From the NCBI RefSeq assembly GCF_963921235.1, contig NC_086108.1, positions 93,250,001-93,314,000 of the forward strand: 64,000 nucleotides of DNA, in the 5' to 3' direction. The DNA is from Mobula hypostoma. Lineage: Eukaryota. Each line of letters opens with the position of its first letter. Positions within the stretch are counted from its first letter, which is position 1. The notes under the pieces were generated by a model. That model was not told where the DNA came from, did not search any database, and worked only from the letters and a program-made list of their open reading frames with translations. Shown here piece after piece: positions 26,389-40,000 of the stretch. The position numbers were made by a program, and so were the translations under genes.

Positions 26389-27896
26389 CATTCATGGGAA
26401 CAATGCAAAAGGCCATGTAGCACTACAGCACAGAAACAGGCCTTTCAGTCCATTTAGTCCGTGCTGAACTGTTATTCTGCCCATCTCACTGACCCGCTCC
26501 CGGACTATAGCCCTCCATACTCCTCCCATCCATTGGCTTATTCAATTTTCTCTTAAATGTTGCAATTGAATATGCACCTACCACTTCCTCTGGCAGCTCT
26601 TCCACCCTTTCACCACCCTCTGAGTGAAGAAGTTTTCCCCCAGGTTCCCCTTAAATATTTCACTTTTTACTTTTAACTGTCACCAAAACTGAGGAGGAAA
26701 AAGCCTCCTCGATCTATACCCTTCGTAATTTTGTAAAGCTCTAGAAAATTTCCAACACTCCAGGGAATAAAGTTCACAGCTGTTCAACTTTTCCCGATAA
26801 CTCACTTCCTCAAGTCCCAGCAGCATCCTTGTCATTTTTAATCTGTACTCTACAGAGAACAGATTGGGAATAGTTGCTTAGGAAGTGAGTGCTGGTGGAG
26901 ATGCAAGAGTGAAAGTGGATTTGTGGGGGGAGCTATTCATGCAGAATGTTGAGAGGGGAGGGGGAGGCAAGGTTATGTTTGGAGGTGGTATCTCATTAAA
27001 GATAGCAGAAATTGCAGAGGGTATTCTGTTCAATGTTGTGGGGTTGAAGGTGAGGAGAAGTGGAATTCTGTCCTTATTCTGGGTGGATGGAGATGAAACA
27101 ATAATAGAAATTTGGGAAGTAGAATAGAATTAAAGTAGAACAGTTTAAAGCCCAGCAAACTAAGGTGGAGTGGAAGCCCTGCCTAATGAAGAAGGAAAAC
27201 ATCATGAAAGCATCACTGTGGAAAATGAAAATCAAAAAAGCTGAAGATGTTGGAAGTCGGAAACAAAAATAGAAAATGCTGGAAATACTCCACAAGGCAA
27301 ATTGCAACCAGGATGGAGAAACAGGATTACTATTTCAGGTCAAAGATCTCTCCTCAGGACTGGGATGGAAGGTTCAGAAGCTTCATAACTGCAGGGATGT
27401 TGGGAGAGGAGGGATGACTCTGATAAGGTAAAACCAAGGTGACTGTGGAGATAAGCTACATCCAAGGTTATCTAGTCAATAGAAAGAGTTAGAGAGTGAG
27501 AACATAGACAAAAAATGTGAACAAAGGAATGTAGGAAGTGCAAATTACAGAGTAGGAAGATCTGCTTGGCAGGTCAGTCTCATACACATTCTGAAGTAGA
27601 TTGTGTTAGCATCAGAACAAGTACAACTGTGCTGAAGGAGCTGTGAAAATGAAATAGAGACCTTACAAGAAACTGGGTAGGAAGAGGTGTAGAGAAGATT
27701 AGATACCATGGAATTGCTTGGATGTTGGTCCCTAACCCTGGTATGGAGATAAAGGAGAGGGAGAAATCAGAGAAGGACCACATGAAAGTGAGAGCAAGGG
27801 GTGAATTGTGGCCAAGACGATTAAATATATGGGGAAAAGATGAGAGGAAGGCAACTTTCTGTTCTCATTAATCATTATATTTTTTTCTCTTAACAG

Positions 27897-28050
27897 AAAC
27901 CAGACACTATAAATGGTCAAGTGCTGAAAATGGAAGTTGAGCCAGCTTCCTCGTACTGCTTCTCCATTCAGCCCTATATCAAGTCATTACACAAGCATGG
28001 CCAAACAAGTATTGACCAATGCGTAGCCTCTGAACCAACCTTTTTTACAG
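27897..28050 (+). CDS. F3: Tissue factor exon 5 (KPDTINGQVLKMEVEPASSYCFSIQPYIKSLHKHGQTSIDQCVASEPTFFT)
   Basis: Acceptor ttttttctcttaacag, donor CAG|gtattt; 154 nt; YCFSxQ and a second Cys correspond to the human C186-C209 pair. Confidence 0.95.
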
Positions 28051-30323
28051 GTATTTCCTTCTTTGAGACTTTGCATCCTAAACTAAATATGACATTGCAC
28101 TTACAGTGGAAGTTTCAGGAAGTATTAGATGGCTCTGAGCCTGTACTCATTGGAGTTCAGAAAAATGAGGGGAGATCTTATTGAAACCTATTGAATATTG
28201 AAAGGCCTAGATAGAGTGGACATGGAGAGGATGTTCCCTATAGTGGGGGAGTCTAGAACCAGAGAGCGCAGTGTCAGAATACAAGGATGTCCCTTTAGAA
28301 CAGAGATGAGGCGGAATTTCTTTAGCCAGAGAGTGGTGCATGAGACCAATTAACCTCCTAAACTTTGCATCTGGAATGTGGGAGAAAACTGAAGCCCATG
28401 CAGTCACAGAGAGAATGGACTAGCTCCTTCCAGACAGCCAAGGAAGTGAACCTGGGTTGCTGGCACTGTAATAGCATTATGTTAACTGCTACACCTCCGT
28501 GTGGCACTGATTAACTGAGGAGATCTCTCAAAGATCCAGTGCAGGCATGATGGCTGTCTTCTGCACAGTCCAAGACTCCATGAACAGTTACAACCCTTAA
28601 CAGCCTTATGGACTTTAAAGAGTACAGGTCGGCAAAACCAGAACTTCTCACAACTGTTTTAAGATTTTCAAAGTTCAAACTAAATGTATAATAAAATATG
28701 TATATATTACCATATACTACCTTCTGCAGGCATTTTAAGGAAAAAAGAATACAATGGAATTTTTATCAAAAGCAACATATAAACAGAAAAGGACTCACAA
28801 CACCCAATATGTAAAAGAAGAACAAACTGTGCAAATATAAATAAAACTGAGAATGTGAGTTGTCACTCACCCACAAGAATCAGTGCTGTGCATAAAACAT
28901 GCTTAAACAAATATAATCTTCTGCACAACAAGTTTAAATGAGGCCAGTTTCAGTGCCCAGTGATTTTCCCAGTTAGCAAATGATCAAATGATTTGGAAAG
29001 AGGTGATTGGTGGCTCTTCGAAGATGATCATTTCACAACACGTTTAGATACCAACCAAACCACGTATTACTTCTCCAGAAGATATGTTGCTTTAAAAAGG
29101 CCAATCTTATATTTGGAATGTTGACACCACTTGTAAGGCCAACTCTCTAGTGTACCTGTAAACTTATCCTTGAGTAGCCGGTGCTGTGCCTTCTCTTTGA
29201 ACTGCACTGGTACTTGTGGCACTTACAATGGTAAAGAGTTCCATGATTTAAACCCAGTGACACTGAGCAAACAGTAATATTTCTCCTTAGGAAGATGTAG
29301 CATGACTTGAAGGTTAACATGTAAATGGGAGCATTCTCATTAAGACCATAAGGCAATGGATAGAATTTGGTCATTCAGCCATTCTGTCATGGGTAATTTA
29401 TTATCCCTATCAACCTCATTCTCCTGTCTTCTTCCCCTGACCTTTGATGCCATTATTAGTCAAGAACATTTAATCTCTGCTTTAAGTATATCCAATGACT
29501 TGGCCTCCACAACCATCTGTTGCAATAAATTCCACAGACCAACCATCATCTGGCTAAAGAGATTCCTCTTCATCTCTGTTATAAAGGGGAGTCCCTTGAT
29601 TCTGAGGCAGTGCTCTCTGGACATAGACTCCCCCACCATAGGAAACATCCTCTCCACATCCACTCTATCTAGGCCTTTCAATATTCAATAGGTCTCAATG
29701 AGATCCCTCCTCATTCTTCTAAAGTCCTGTGAGTATAAGACAACCATCAAATGTCCCTCATATGTTAACCCTTTCATTCCTGGGATTATTCTTGTCAACC
29801 TCCTTTGGACCCTGTCCAATGCCAACACATCCTTTATTAAATAAAGGGCCCAAACTGCTCACCATTGCCTTATAAGATATAGGAGCAGAATTAGGCCATT
29901 TGGCCCATCAAGTCTGTTTTGACCTTATGACCTTGCTAATCTAGGATATTGAGAGGTGATGCTGAAGAAACCTAATAAGTAGTCAGAGTGGTTTTGTAGT
30001 AAGAGCTACAGGAACATGCTAATAGATCAGAGCCATTGATCTAATGATCAATGGATGTATGCACAAAAGTGACTCCTGTGCAGATATTTAAATAATTACT
30101 GGTTTTTCATTGGGTTAACTTTGCCACTGAAAGCTGAACATACAGATGATTCACTGAAGTTGGTATTCCAGGCAATATCCTGTCACTGGAATCAGAGATG
30201 GCAATCTCTGTTCATTTATGAAAGGATTAATTGAGTCTATCTCCCATATTTTGTTGCCAGAGTTCAGTTTATTTTTTTTCTCACAATTATTTCATCCTTC
30301 TTTCCTCCTCTGTTCCCATCCAG

Positions 30324-30460
30324 AGTATGGCTTCGGCATGTTTGCCTTAATCGGAGTTGGAGTACTGCTGCTTCTCAGCATATTTATTGGGATAACAGTG
30401 TTCCTGTGCCGACGCAAGACTGTTCACAATGTTCCTGAAACCAATCCCTTGACAGCTTAG
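30324..30460 (+). CDS. F3: Tissue factor exon 6 coding part: TM helix and cytoplasmic tail (EYGFGMFALIGVGVLLLLSIFIGITVFLCRRKTVHNVPETNPLTA*)
   Basis: Pyrimidine-rich acceptor ending ccatccag; TM segment followed by CRRK; TAG at 30458-30460; total CDS 840 nt. Confidence 0.93.
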
Positions 30461-30970
30461 GCATAACGTGGAAGAGTGTGTGTTTTTCGACAGCTCTGTT
30501 CCATGAGCTGGTGGGTGAAGCTTTTCTTGAACTGAGGGTCGGAAGCATTTCTGCATTTGTACCTTACGGTTACGGCTCAACATTCACAAGTGGATGGAGG
30601 ATCAATAGATTTGTTTCTGTGAAACAATAGGACTTACCCAGGTACTAAACGCATGCAGAACGGTTCCTGTAATTTTCTAAAGCACTACTTAGACTCTGTC
30701 AATGATTGATAAGGCACTTTCATTTATATTTCTCTGTTGGTTTCTGGGTGATACTATAATGCTGTGAAATTTTAGTGTTGTAAAAGTATTGAATAACTCA
30801 ATTTTAAATATTTTTCTTTCTACTGATGGGCACCTTTAGTAATCTTGTGTATATTGGGGTTTATTTATCTTGCATATCTTTCAAAGGGAAATATATATTT
30901 TGTATGAGTATTTTTAATTTTTTAGTAAAAATAAACTGATTACTTAATAAATGATGGTGACGGCAACATT
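30461..30970 (+). other. F3 3' UTR, AU-rich distal part with polyadenylation signals
   Basis: ATTTA motifs near 30722 and 30863; AATAAA at 30930-30935 and 30946-30951, followed by GT/T-rich sequence. Confidence 0.65.
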
Positions 30971-31356
30971 GAAATGGTTGTGGCTCTTTTATTTTAAATA
31001 TGTTCTACTTTGTGATGTGGGTTTGTACACTGAGTGTACAAATGCTTTGAATTTGGGTACTGCAGTATCCCAGAGCTTCTGCGCATACAACTTTGTCATT
31101 TTCCTTTCAAAGTTCAAAGGTTACAGAGAGAAGGCAGGAGAATAGGGTTGTGGGGGGAATTTTAAAAAATCAGCTGTGACGGAACGACAGAACAGACTTG
31201 ATGGGCCAAATGGCCTAGCTCTGCTCCTATGTTTTATGATCTAAATTTATTATTGAAATACCGACTGCATATGTTACTTCATACTACCCTGAGATTCATT
31301 TTCTTGCAGGCATTTGTGGTAGAACAAAGCAAAACACAATATAATCGGTGGAAAAA

Positions 31357-31357
<1 letters not shown>

Positions 31358-31397
<40 letters not shown>
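31358..31397. repeat. (CA)n microsatellite
   Basis: About 20 CA units. Confidence 0.95.
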
Positions 31398-31400
<3 letters not shown>

Positions 31401-32745
31401 TTTGTACAAAGGACCAACTATGCAAATATAAAAAAGAACACAAATAATGATGAGATGAGGCCTCCGTCTGTCAGAGTCGACCATGGATGTTGTGTCCTGG
31501 TTGCCTAGATACGCAAGCCAGGGCAGTGCAATATGAAGAGTGAGCTATTGCCCATGTAGCGGGCTCTCCCACTCCACACATCTGATGAACCCAAAGAGAC
31601 AGCAGAGACCGATACAGTTTGGCATCAGCCACATCGCAGGAGAAGCTAGTCAGTGTTGAACTCAACATACGGCTGCCTTAGGAACTCCAGCTCCAGAATT
31701 TTCCCTCGGTTTACTCCCGCAGCCTTCTCCATAAGTGGGTATAGCACAAGACGGCAGAGGTGGGAGATCAGAGTTTTTCTTTTCCTCAATGAGCTCCCAA
31801 TCACGGCTGATGACCCCATCTGCCTGAAGAGACTAGTTTTAAGGCACCAGTAACCCACCTTTGCCCTTTCTCCTGTCAGTAGAAATGGTTCCACCAGGCT
31901 TAGTAGCTAAGCCACACATGCTGAGCGACTGAACCCTTTTGCCCAACCTCCCATGCGGGACCTTGTCAAGTGCCTTGCTAAAGTCCACGTAGACAACGTC
32001 CACTGCCCTGAGCTGGACTTGGTTGTCAGAGGCTATTTGAGATGCATGCCACTGGGAGCATTTAATGGGTAGCAGGAGCTTCTCCTCACTATCACTCCCA
32101 GCTACCAGAACCTTAAGGAACCACACTAATAATAATTAATAAACATAGAGGGCTGAGAACCTGAATTGTAGAGTCCTTGATAGGTGGTGTTCAGTGTTGT
32201 GGTGAGTGAAATTATCCACACTGGTACAGGAGCCTGATGGGTGAAGGGTAATAACTGTTCCTAAACTTGGTGATGTGGGACCTGAGACCCCTGTACCTCA
32301 TCCCTGATGGCAGCAATGAGAAGAGCACATGGCCTAGATGATTGGGGACATTGATGATGAGTGTTGCTTACTTATGGCAGTGCTCCTTGTAGATGTGGTC
32401 GATGGTGGGGATGTCTTTTCCTGTGCTCCCTCTTGCTGCCAATTTTTTCTTGAGGGTTAATTTTTCCTCTTTTTTGATTTACATTACAGTTCTGCATTCC
32501 TTTATAAATATCCAAGCAAATATTAAAATAAGATTGCTTACCTTCAACACCCTGTCAGGTGAATGATTTAATGCCAGTGCAAAGACTCCACAAGAGGGTT
32601 GTAGTAACAATTCCTAGGCTAAATAACCTCTTTTACCCATTTGGATCCAAATAACTTATTTCACTGCAGCTCAGATTTAATGGTGACCCTACTAAAGGCT
32701 GACATGTAATAAAAGAGTTTAAATTCCCTGTATATTCAGAAATTA

Positions 32746-34215
32746 TGTTGCTATTTATGAAGGGTGGGAGACAGCAGAAAGGAAACTATAGACCTGTTAG
32801 CCTGACATCAGTGGTTGGCAAGTTGTTGGAATCGATTTTTAGGGATGAGAGTATGGAATATCTGGAGGAACATTACAAGATAGGCCAAAGCCAGCATGGT
32901 TTCCTGAAAGGAAAATCTTGCCTGACTAACCCACTGCAATTTTTTGAGGAAATTACAAATAGGGTGGACAAAGGAGATGCAGTAGATGTGGGGTACTTGG
33001 ATTTTCAGAAGGCCTTTGACAAGGTGCCACACATGAGGCTGCTTAGCAAGATAAGAGCCCATGGAATTACAGAGGATCAGCAGAAAACAGAGAGTGGGAA
33101 TAAAGGGATCCTATTCTGGCTGGCTGCTGGTTACCAGTGGAGTTCCACAGGGGTCAATGTTGGGACCGCTGCTTTTTACAATGTATGTCAATAATTTGGA
33201 CTATGGGATTAATGGATTTGTGGCTAAATTTGCCAATGATACAAAGATAGGTGGAGGAGCGGGTAGTGTTGAGGAAACAAAGAGCCTGCAGAGAGACTTA
33301 GATAGTTTAGGGGAATGAGCAAAGAAGTGGCAAATTAAATACAATGTTGGAAAGTGTATGGTCATGCACTTTGGTGGAAGAAATAAATGGGCAGACTATT
33401 ATTTAGATGGGGAGAGAATTAAAAATGCAGAGATGCAAAGGGACTTAGGAGTCTTTGTGCAGTATACCCTAAAGGTTAACCTCCATGTTGAGCTGGAGGT
33501 GAAGAAGGCAGATGCAATGTTGGCATTCATTTCTAGAGGAATAGGATATAAAAGTAGGGATGTGATGTTGAGGCTTTGTAAGGCCTCCGAGACCACACTT
33601 GGAGTACTGTTTGCAGTTTTGGGCCCCTTATTTAGATTATGAGGACATGCAGTCCCCTTTATTGTCATTTACTAATGCATGCATTAAGAAATGATATAAT
33701 GTTTTTCCAGAATGATATCACAGAAACACATGACAAACCAACTTAAAAACTAACAAAGACCACATAATTATAACATATAGTTACAACAGTGCAAAGCAAT
33801 ACCGTAAATTGATAAGAACAGACCATGGCATGGTAAAAATCTCAAAGTCTCTTGAAGGACTTTTTAGAAAGGATATACTGACATTGGTGAAGGTTCAGAG
33901 AAGATTCACGAGATGATTCCAGGAATGAAAGGGTTACGGTATGAGGAACATCTGGCAGTTCTTGGGCTGTATTCCCTGGCGTTCAGGAGAATAAGGGGGG
34001 ATCTCATAGAAATCTTACAAATGTTAAAAGGCCTGAACAGATTAGATATGGCAAAGATATTTCCCATGGTAGGGGATTCTAAGATAAGAGGCATCAAAGG
34101 GTATGAGGAGAAGGCAGGAGAGTGGGGATGACTGGAAGAATTGGATCAGCTCATTGAATGGCAAAGCAGACTCGATGGGCTGAATGGCCTACTTCTGCTC
34201 CTATATCTTATGGTA
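32746..34215 (+). mobile_element. Degenerate CR1 RT fragment with an internal insertion (~33635-33860)
   Basis: NYRPVSLTS, YLDFQKAFDKV, GVPQGS motifs with frameshifts and stops. Confidence 0.9.
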
Positions 34216-34563
34216 ACAGGTGAGAGAGCCTGGTGATTGAAGTGTGTAGATTAGGGATGAGTGGTGATTATGCAGTTTTTGTCTTAACCCAGAGAGAGTA
34301 AGGTCAAAGACAATGTTGAGTTCATTGTCGTATGCATAAGTCCATGTATGCACGGGTACATTGAAAAACTTACTTCAGAATCTGGCTGCTTATCACTGAC
34401 ATATGTTGAGAAATATGTTGTTTTGCAGCAGCTGTACAGTGCAGTATTTAAAAATTACTGCAACTTCCAAAAATAAATAAAAAAACACAGAAATCTGGTG
34501 GTGGCAGACACATAACATTATATCAGCAGCATTCACGAGAAAAAAAACAAAACACAAATTTTA

Positions 34564-35229
34564 GCAACACACATCAAAGTTGCTGGTGAACGCAGCAGGC
34601 CAGGCAGCATCTCTAGGAAGAGGTGCAGTCGACGTTTCAGGCCGAGTCCCTTCGTCAGGACTAACTGAACAAAGAGCTAGTAAGAGATTTGAAAGTTGGA
34701 GGGGGAGGGGGAGATCCAAAATGATAGGAGAAGACAGGAGGGGGAGGGATGGAGCCAAGAGCTGGACAGGTGATTGGCAAAAGGGGTATGAGAGGATCAT
34801 GGGACAGGAGGCCCAGGGAGAAGGAAAAGGGGGGGGAAAACCCAGAGGATGGGCGAGGGGTATAGTCAGAGGGACAGAGGGAGAGAAAGGAGAGAGAGAG
34901 AGAAAAAGAATGTGTGTACATGAATAAATAACGAATGTGGTACCAGGGGGAATGGGGCATTAGCAGAAGTTAGAGAAGTCAATGTTCATGCCATCAGGTT
35001 GGAGGCTACCCAGACGGAATATAAGGTGTTGTTCCTCCAACCTGAGTGTGGCTTCACCTTTACAGTAGAGGAGGCCGTGGATAGACATATCAGAATGGGA
35101 ATGGGATGTGGAATTAAAGTGTGTGGCCACTGGGAGATGCTGCTTTCTCTGGCAGACAGAGCGTAGGTGTTCAGCAAAACGATCTCCCAGTCTGCGTCGG
35201 GCCTTGCCAATATATAGAAGGGTGTTTTA
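34564..35229 (-). mobile_element. 5'-truncated Penelope-like element, same family as 6905-7998
   Basis: Reverse-complement homology; TSD AAAACACAAATTTTA at 34549-34563 and 35230-35244. Confidence 0.92.
34627..34662 (-). ncRNA. Minimal type I hammerhead ribozyme motif in a PLE pLTR
   Basis: Minus strand reads AGUC-CUGACGA-AGGGACUCGGCCU-GAAA-CG-UC-GACU: stem I, catalytic boxes, short stem II, GUC site, minimal stem III. Confidence 0.72.
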
Positions 35230-36464
35230 AAAACACAAATTTTACAATTATTTTATTAGAAAGAACATAAATAAAACAAAAACAGGACTAAGTACATTTT
35301 AAAGGTGGAAGTGTTGCCAGGGCACTGACAGTGGTTGGGTTCAACAAGCAACTGAATCAGCCCTTGATGTGACAGGGGCTGTATCAGTCAGAGTTAAGTA
35401 CCTGCATGTCTTCTCTCTACCCACATGAATTTCTGAATGTGTCTCAACAGCCCAAGGAATTACCGGAATTTATCTTTTTATTACCCTTAGTTTCCTTCTT
35501 TCTTACAGGATATTAAATGGTTGGGGAAGAAAGCATCCTGCCATAGTAAATTGGTTCACTGTGTTCACATGTACTGAGGAGCAGTGAAAAACTTGCCTTG
35601 CATATTACCCATACAAATCAATTCATTACAGCAGTGCATCGAGGTAGTACAAGGGAAATCAATAATAGAATGAAGAATAAACTATTACAGTTACAGAGAA
35701 AACAAAGCATGTAGACTCCCTGTGATCATGTAGGTTTCCTCCAGGTGTTCCTGGTTCCTCCCACAGTCCAGAGACAGACTGATTGGTAGGTTAATTGGTT
35801 CTGGTAATTTGTCTGGTGATTAGGCTTGGATTAAATCAGGGGTTATTGGGCAGTTTGGTTCGAAGGGCCTATTTCACGCTGTATCTCAATAAATAAGTAA
35901 ACAAACAATAAAGTAGAATTCATATCAAGGTCAACAACCATAAAGCGTGTTCAACATTGAACATTGTTCAATGTAGTGTGGATACCCTACATCCACATAG
36001 GGCAGAGATTGATAGGTTCTTGATTAGCCAGGGCATCAAAGGGAATGGGGTGAAAGAGAGGAGTGGGGAGTGTGGCCGACTTCTGCTCCTGTATCTTATG
36101 GTCTTATGATCTACATACACATCACCTAGCGTTAGTTTATGTATAGACAATAACTCTTGAATCCTGAACGTTTGGCCTAAAGTGGCCATGCCAAACAGAG
36201 TGCCCATCCAGCCAGTCCCAATTCCCTGCATTCAGCCCATATCCCTCTAAGCCCCACCCTTCCATGTACATACTTATCCAGAGCTTCTTAAATGATACCC
36301 ACGTACCTGCTTAACCACTTCCTCTGGCAGCTCATTCCACATACTCACCACCCCCTGTATGAAAATGTTTCCCTCAGGTCCTGTTTAAGTCTTGCCCCTC
36401 TCACCCTACATCTATGCCTCCTGGTTTTGGGCTCCCCTACTTTGGGGAAAAGACTGTTACTGGC

Positions 36465-37008
36465 AGCTGAACATTTTAGATACGATTCCCATTCTCATTC
36501 CACCATGTCAGTACATAGTCTCCTCTTGTGCCAAGACAAGATCACCCTTAGAGTGGAGGAGCAACACCTTATATTCTGTCAGGGTAACCTCCAACCTGAT
36601 GGCATGAATATAAATTTCTCCTTCTGGTTAAAAAAATATTCCCTCCCCCTCCCCTCTTCTTCTATTTCCCACTCTGGCCTCTTATCGGTTGTCACCTGCC
36701 CCTGGTCCCTTCTCTCCTTCCCTTTCACCTATGGTCTACCCTCCTATCAGATTCCTTCCTCTCAAGCCATTGACCTTTGCCACCCACCTGGCTTCACCCA
36801 TCATCTTCTAGCAGACCTCTTTCCCCTCCCCTCACCTTTTTAATTCTGATGTCTTCCCCCTTCCATTCCAGCCCTGAAGGGCCCCAGCTCAGCCCAAAAC
36901 GTCGACTGTTCATTCATTTCCATAGATGTTGCCTGATCTGCTGAGTTCCTCCAGCATTTTGTGTGTGTTGTTTTAGATTTCTAGCATCTGCAGACTTTCT
37001 CATGTTTA
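36465..37008 (+). mobile_element. Older Penelope-like 3' fragment
   Basis: SHSHSTMSVHSLL...EEQHLIF..QPDGMNINFS and a degenerate pLTR end. Confidence 0.8.
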
Positions 37009-40000
37009 TTGTTACCATCTGCATCTTATAATGTTAAGGATCTCTACAAGACGTATGGCCCTCTAACTCCTGCCTCGCAATCTGCCTATCATAGTGCTTC
37101 CCAAATGATATTATTGTACCTGCCTCAATCACTCCCAAGAAAGAATATACAAGACAGTGACAACCAGCTGTTACTCATCAATAACAGTGTTCAAACTTGG
37201 ATACAACTGGCACCTACACTCATTAACTGCTGGCTGGTGGTGTAGTAGCATCAGCACAGGACTTTGAGATAAATGATCCTGAGTTCAAATCTAGCTGGCT
37301 CCTTGTATGTTTTCCATCCTTGCTGGGTTCAGCTAGCAACTTGGCCCCAAAACGAACAGTGGCAAAAATGCCACCCCGGTATGAAAAGGAACAAAATCTC
37401 TCATTAACATGTTCTGCTAGTGGTCATGAAAAGGTTAATTCTAGAAAAGACATTAGCTTTCAACATCAGAGAGTTGGCAGCTTGCCTGCGTCATCTTATT
37501 GTACAAGGGAACTGTTCAATAGTTTCATAACAGCAGGGTAGAAACTGTTCTTGAACCTGGTGGTATACGCTTTCAGGACCGCAAGACAAAAGAGACAATA
37601 TTGGCCATTCAACCCATCGATTCTGGTCCACCGTTCAATCATGGTTATTTGTTGCTCAAAGCAAGTTCATTACCAAAGCAATACAGAAATTCACTTTCTT
37701 GCAGGCACTTACAGGGAGAAAGAAATACAATAGAATTTCAGAATCAACGTTTTCAGTGACGTGCCAAATCTACACAAACATCCAGTGAAGTAGAGGTGCT
37801 GGTCTGCCCTCTTTGTGATGACGTGCTGGTTCCATGACAAATCTTCTTACGTTAAATGTCTAGGAATTCAAAACTACTGACTCTTCGCCTCTGTTTCCCT
37901 AATTCTCATGCCTGTCCTTGTAACCTTTGACATTCTTACTAACCAAGAACTTATTAGCTAATACTAAGGCCAAGTCATTGGAAGAAGAACGAGGGGTGAC
38001 CTCATTGAAATCTATGGAATGATGAAAGGCCTTCATAAAGCGGATGTGCAGAGGAAGTTTCCTACAGAGAAGATGTGGGAGAGTCTAAGACCAGAGGACA
38101 CAAAGTCTCAGAATACAGGGGCGTCCTTTTAGAACATAGATGAGGAGAAATTTCTTTAGTCAGAGAGTGGAATTCTTTGCCACAAGCAGCTCTGGAAGCC
38201 AAGTCTTTATGTATATTTGAGGTAGAGGTTGATAGATTCTTGATTGGTCAGGGCACATAGGGATATGAATTCTTTGCCACAAGTAGCTGTGGAGGCCAAG
38301 TCTTTATATACATTTGAGACAGAGGTTGATGGATTCTTGATTGGTCAGGGCATGTATGGATATGGGGAGAAGGCAGAAGATTAGGGCTGAGAGGAATATT
38401 GGATCAGCCATGATAAGATAGAAGAGTAGACTCATGGGCCAAATGGCATCATTGTGCTCCTATATCTTATGATCTTATACTTTACATATACCTTAGACTT
38501 GGTCTCCACAGTCATCTGTGGCAATTAAATCCAGAGATTCACCACCATCTGACTAAAGAAATTCCTCATTGCTGTTCTAAAAGGGATTTCCTTGTATTCT
38601 ACAGCTGTGCCCTCTGGTCCTAGACTCCCCCACTATTGGAAACATCCTTTCCACATCCACTGTACGTAGGCTTTCAATATTCAAGCTTCACTAAGATCTT
38701 CAAAAATCCACTGAGTACAGGACAACAGCCATCAAGCACCAACTATTTTCCTTTCCTTCATCCCACCTTTTATCCTGGCATCTTTCCCCTTATTTCCTGT
38801 CCTGAAGACTTACTTCCCCTTATTTCCTGTCTCTGTCCAAAATGTCAACGTATTCATTTCCATAGATGCTACCTGACCTGTTGATTTCATCCAGTATTTT
38901 GTGTGTGTTGTTGATTTTGTCCACCAATTTTCTGTTTCTCTAAATAGTAACCCTTTCATTCCCCAGATTGTTTTTGTTAACATCACCTGGACCCTTCCCA
39001 ATGCCAACAAATTATGCCTTTATCCCTTCTATCAAAGTTCATGACACACACTTCTCTTTGCTTTATTCCATTTGCCATTTCTTTGCCCATTCTCCTAATA
39101 TGTGCAAGACCTTCTGCGGACTCTCTGCTTTCTCAACACTAACTGCCCCTCAACCTCAACCTCTCTGCATCATCTGCAAACTTGCCACAAAGTCACGATT
39201 CCCATTATCCAGCTTATTAACATATAGCATGTGAAGTAGCAGCCCTAACATCAACTCCTGTGGAAGACCAGTAGTTATTCGCAGCCAACCAGAAGAGGCC
39301 CCTTTATTCCCCATCTTTGCTTTCTGCCTGTCAGCTAATCTTCTATCCACAATTCTTGAAGCCTCATGCGCAGCACCTTATAAAAGCCCTTCTGAAAATC
39401 CAAGTGAACGATATTCACTGACTCTCCTTTGTCTATCCTGCCTGTTATTTCCTCAAAGAATTCCAACAGATTTGTCAGGAAAGATTTTTTCTTCATAAAA
39501 CCATGCTGACTGATTTAATTTATCATGTGCCTCCAAGTACCCTGAATAATTTAATGATGGACTCTTAACATCTTACCAACCACTGGCCTACAATTTCCTG
39601 TCTTTCGACTCCTTTCCTTTTTAAAGTGTGGAGTGACATTTGCAATTTTCCAAACGTCTCAGCATGAAATACCTCCACAATCTTTTCTGCTGCCTCTTTC
39701 AGAACCCTAGGGTGTCGTCCATCTGGTCTGACAGAGGGAAGAAGAGGAATACAAGCTGGCAGGTGATAGTGAGACAAGATGGATGGGCAGGAGAGGGGAT
39801 AATGTGAGTAGGTGGGAGAGGTAAGACAATGAAGAAAGAATCTCATAGGAGTGGACGGTGGACTATGGAATTAATGGGAGTAGGTTGAGGGGAGATTGTG
39901 GTGGGGTGCTGGGGTGGGGGGAAACAGGAGAAAGGTTACTGCAAGTTGGATAAAAAAAATCAATGTTCATGCCACCCGGGTGGGGTTTATGAAGAGCAAA

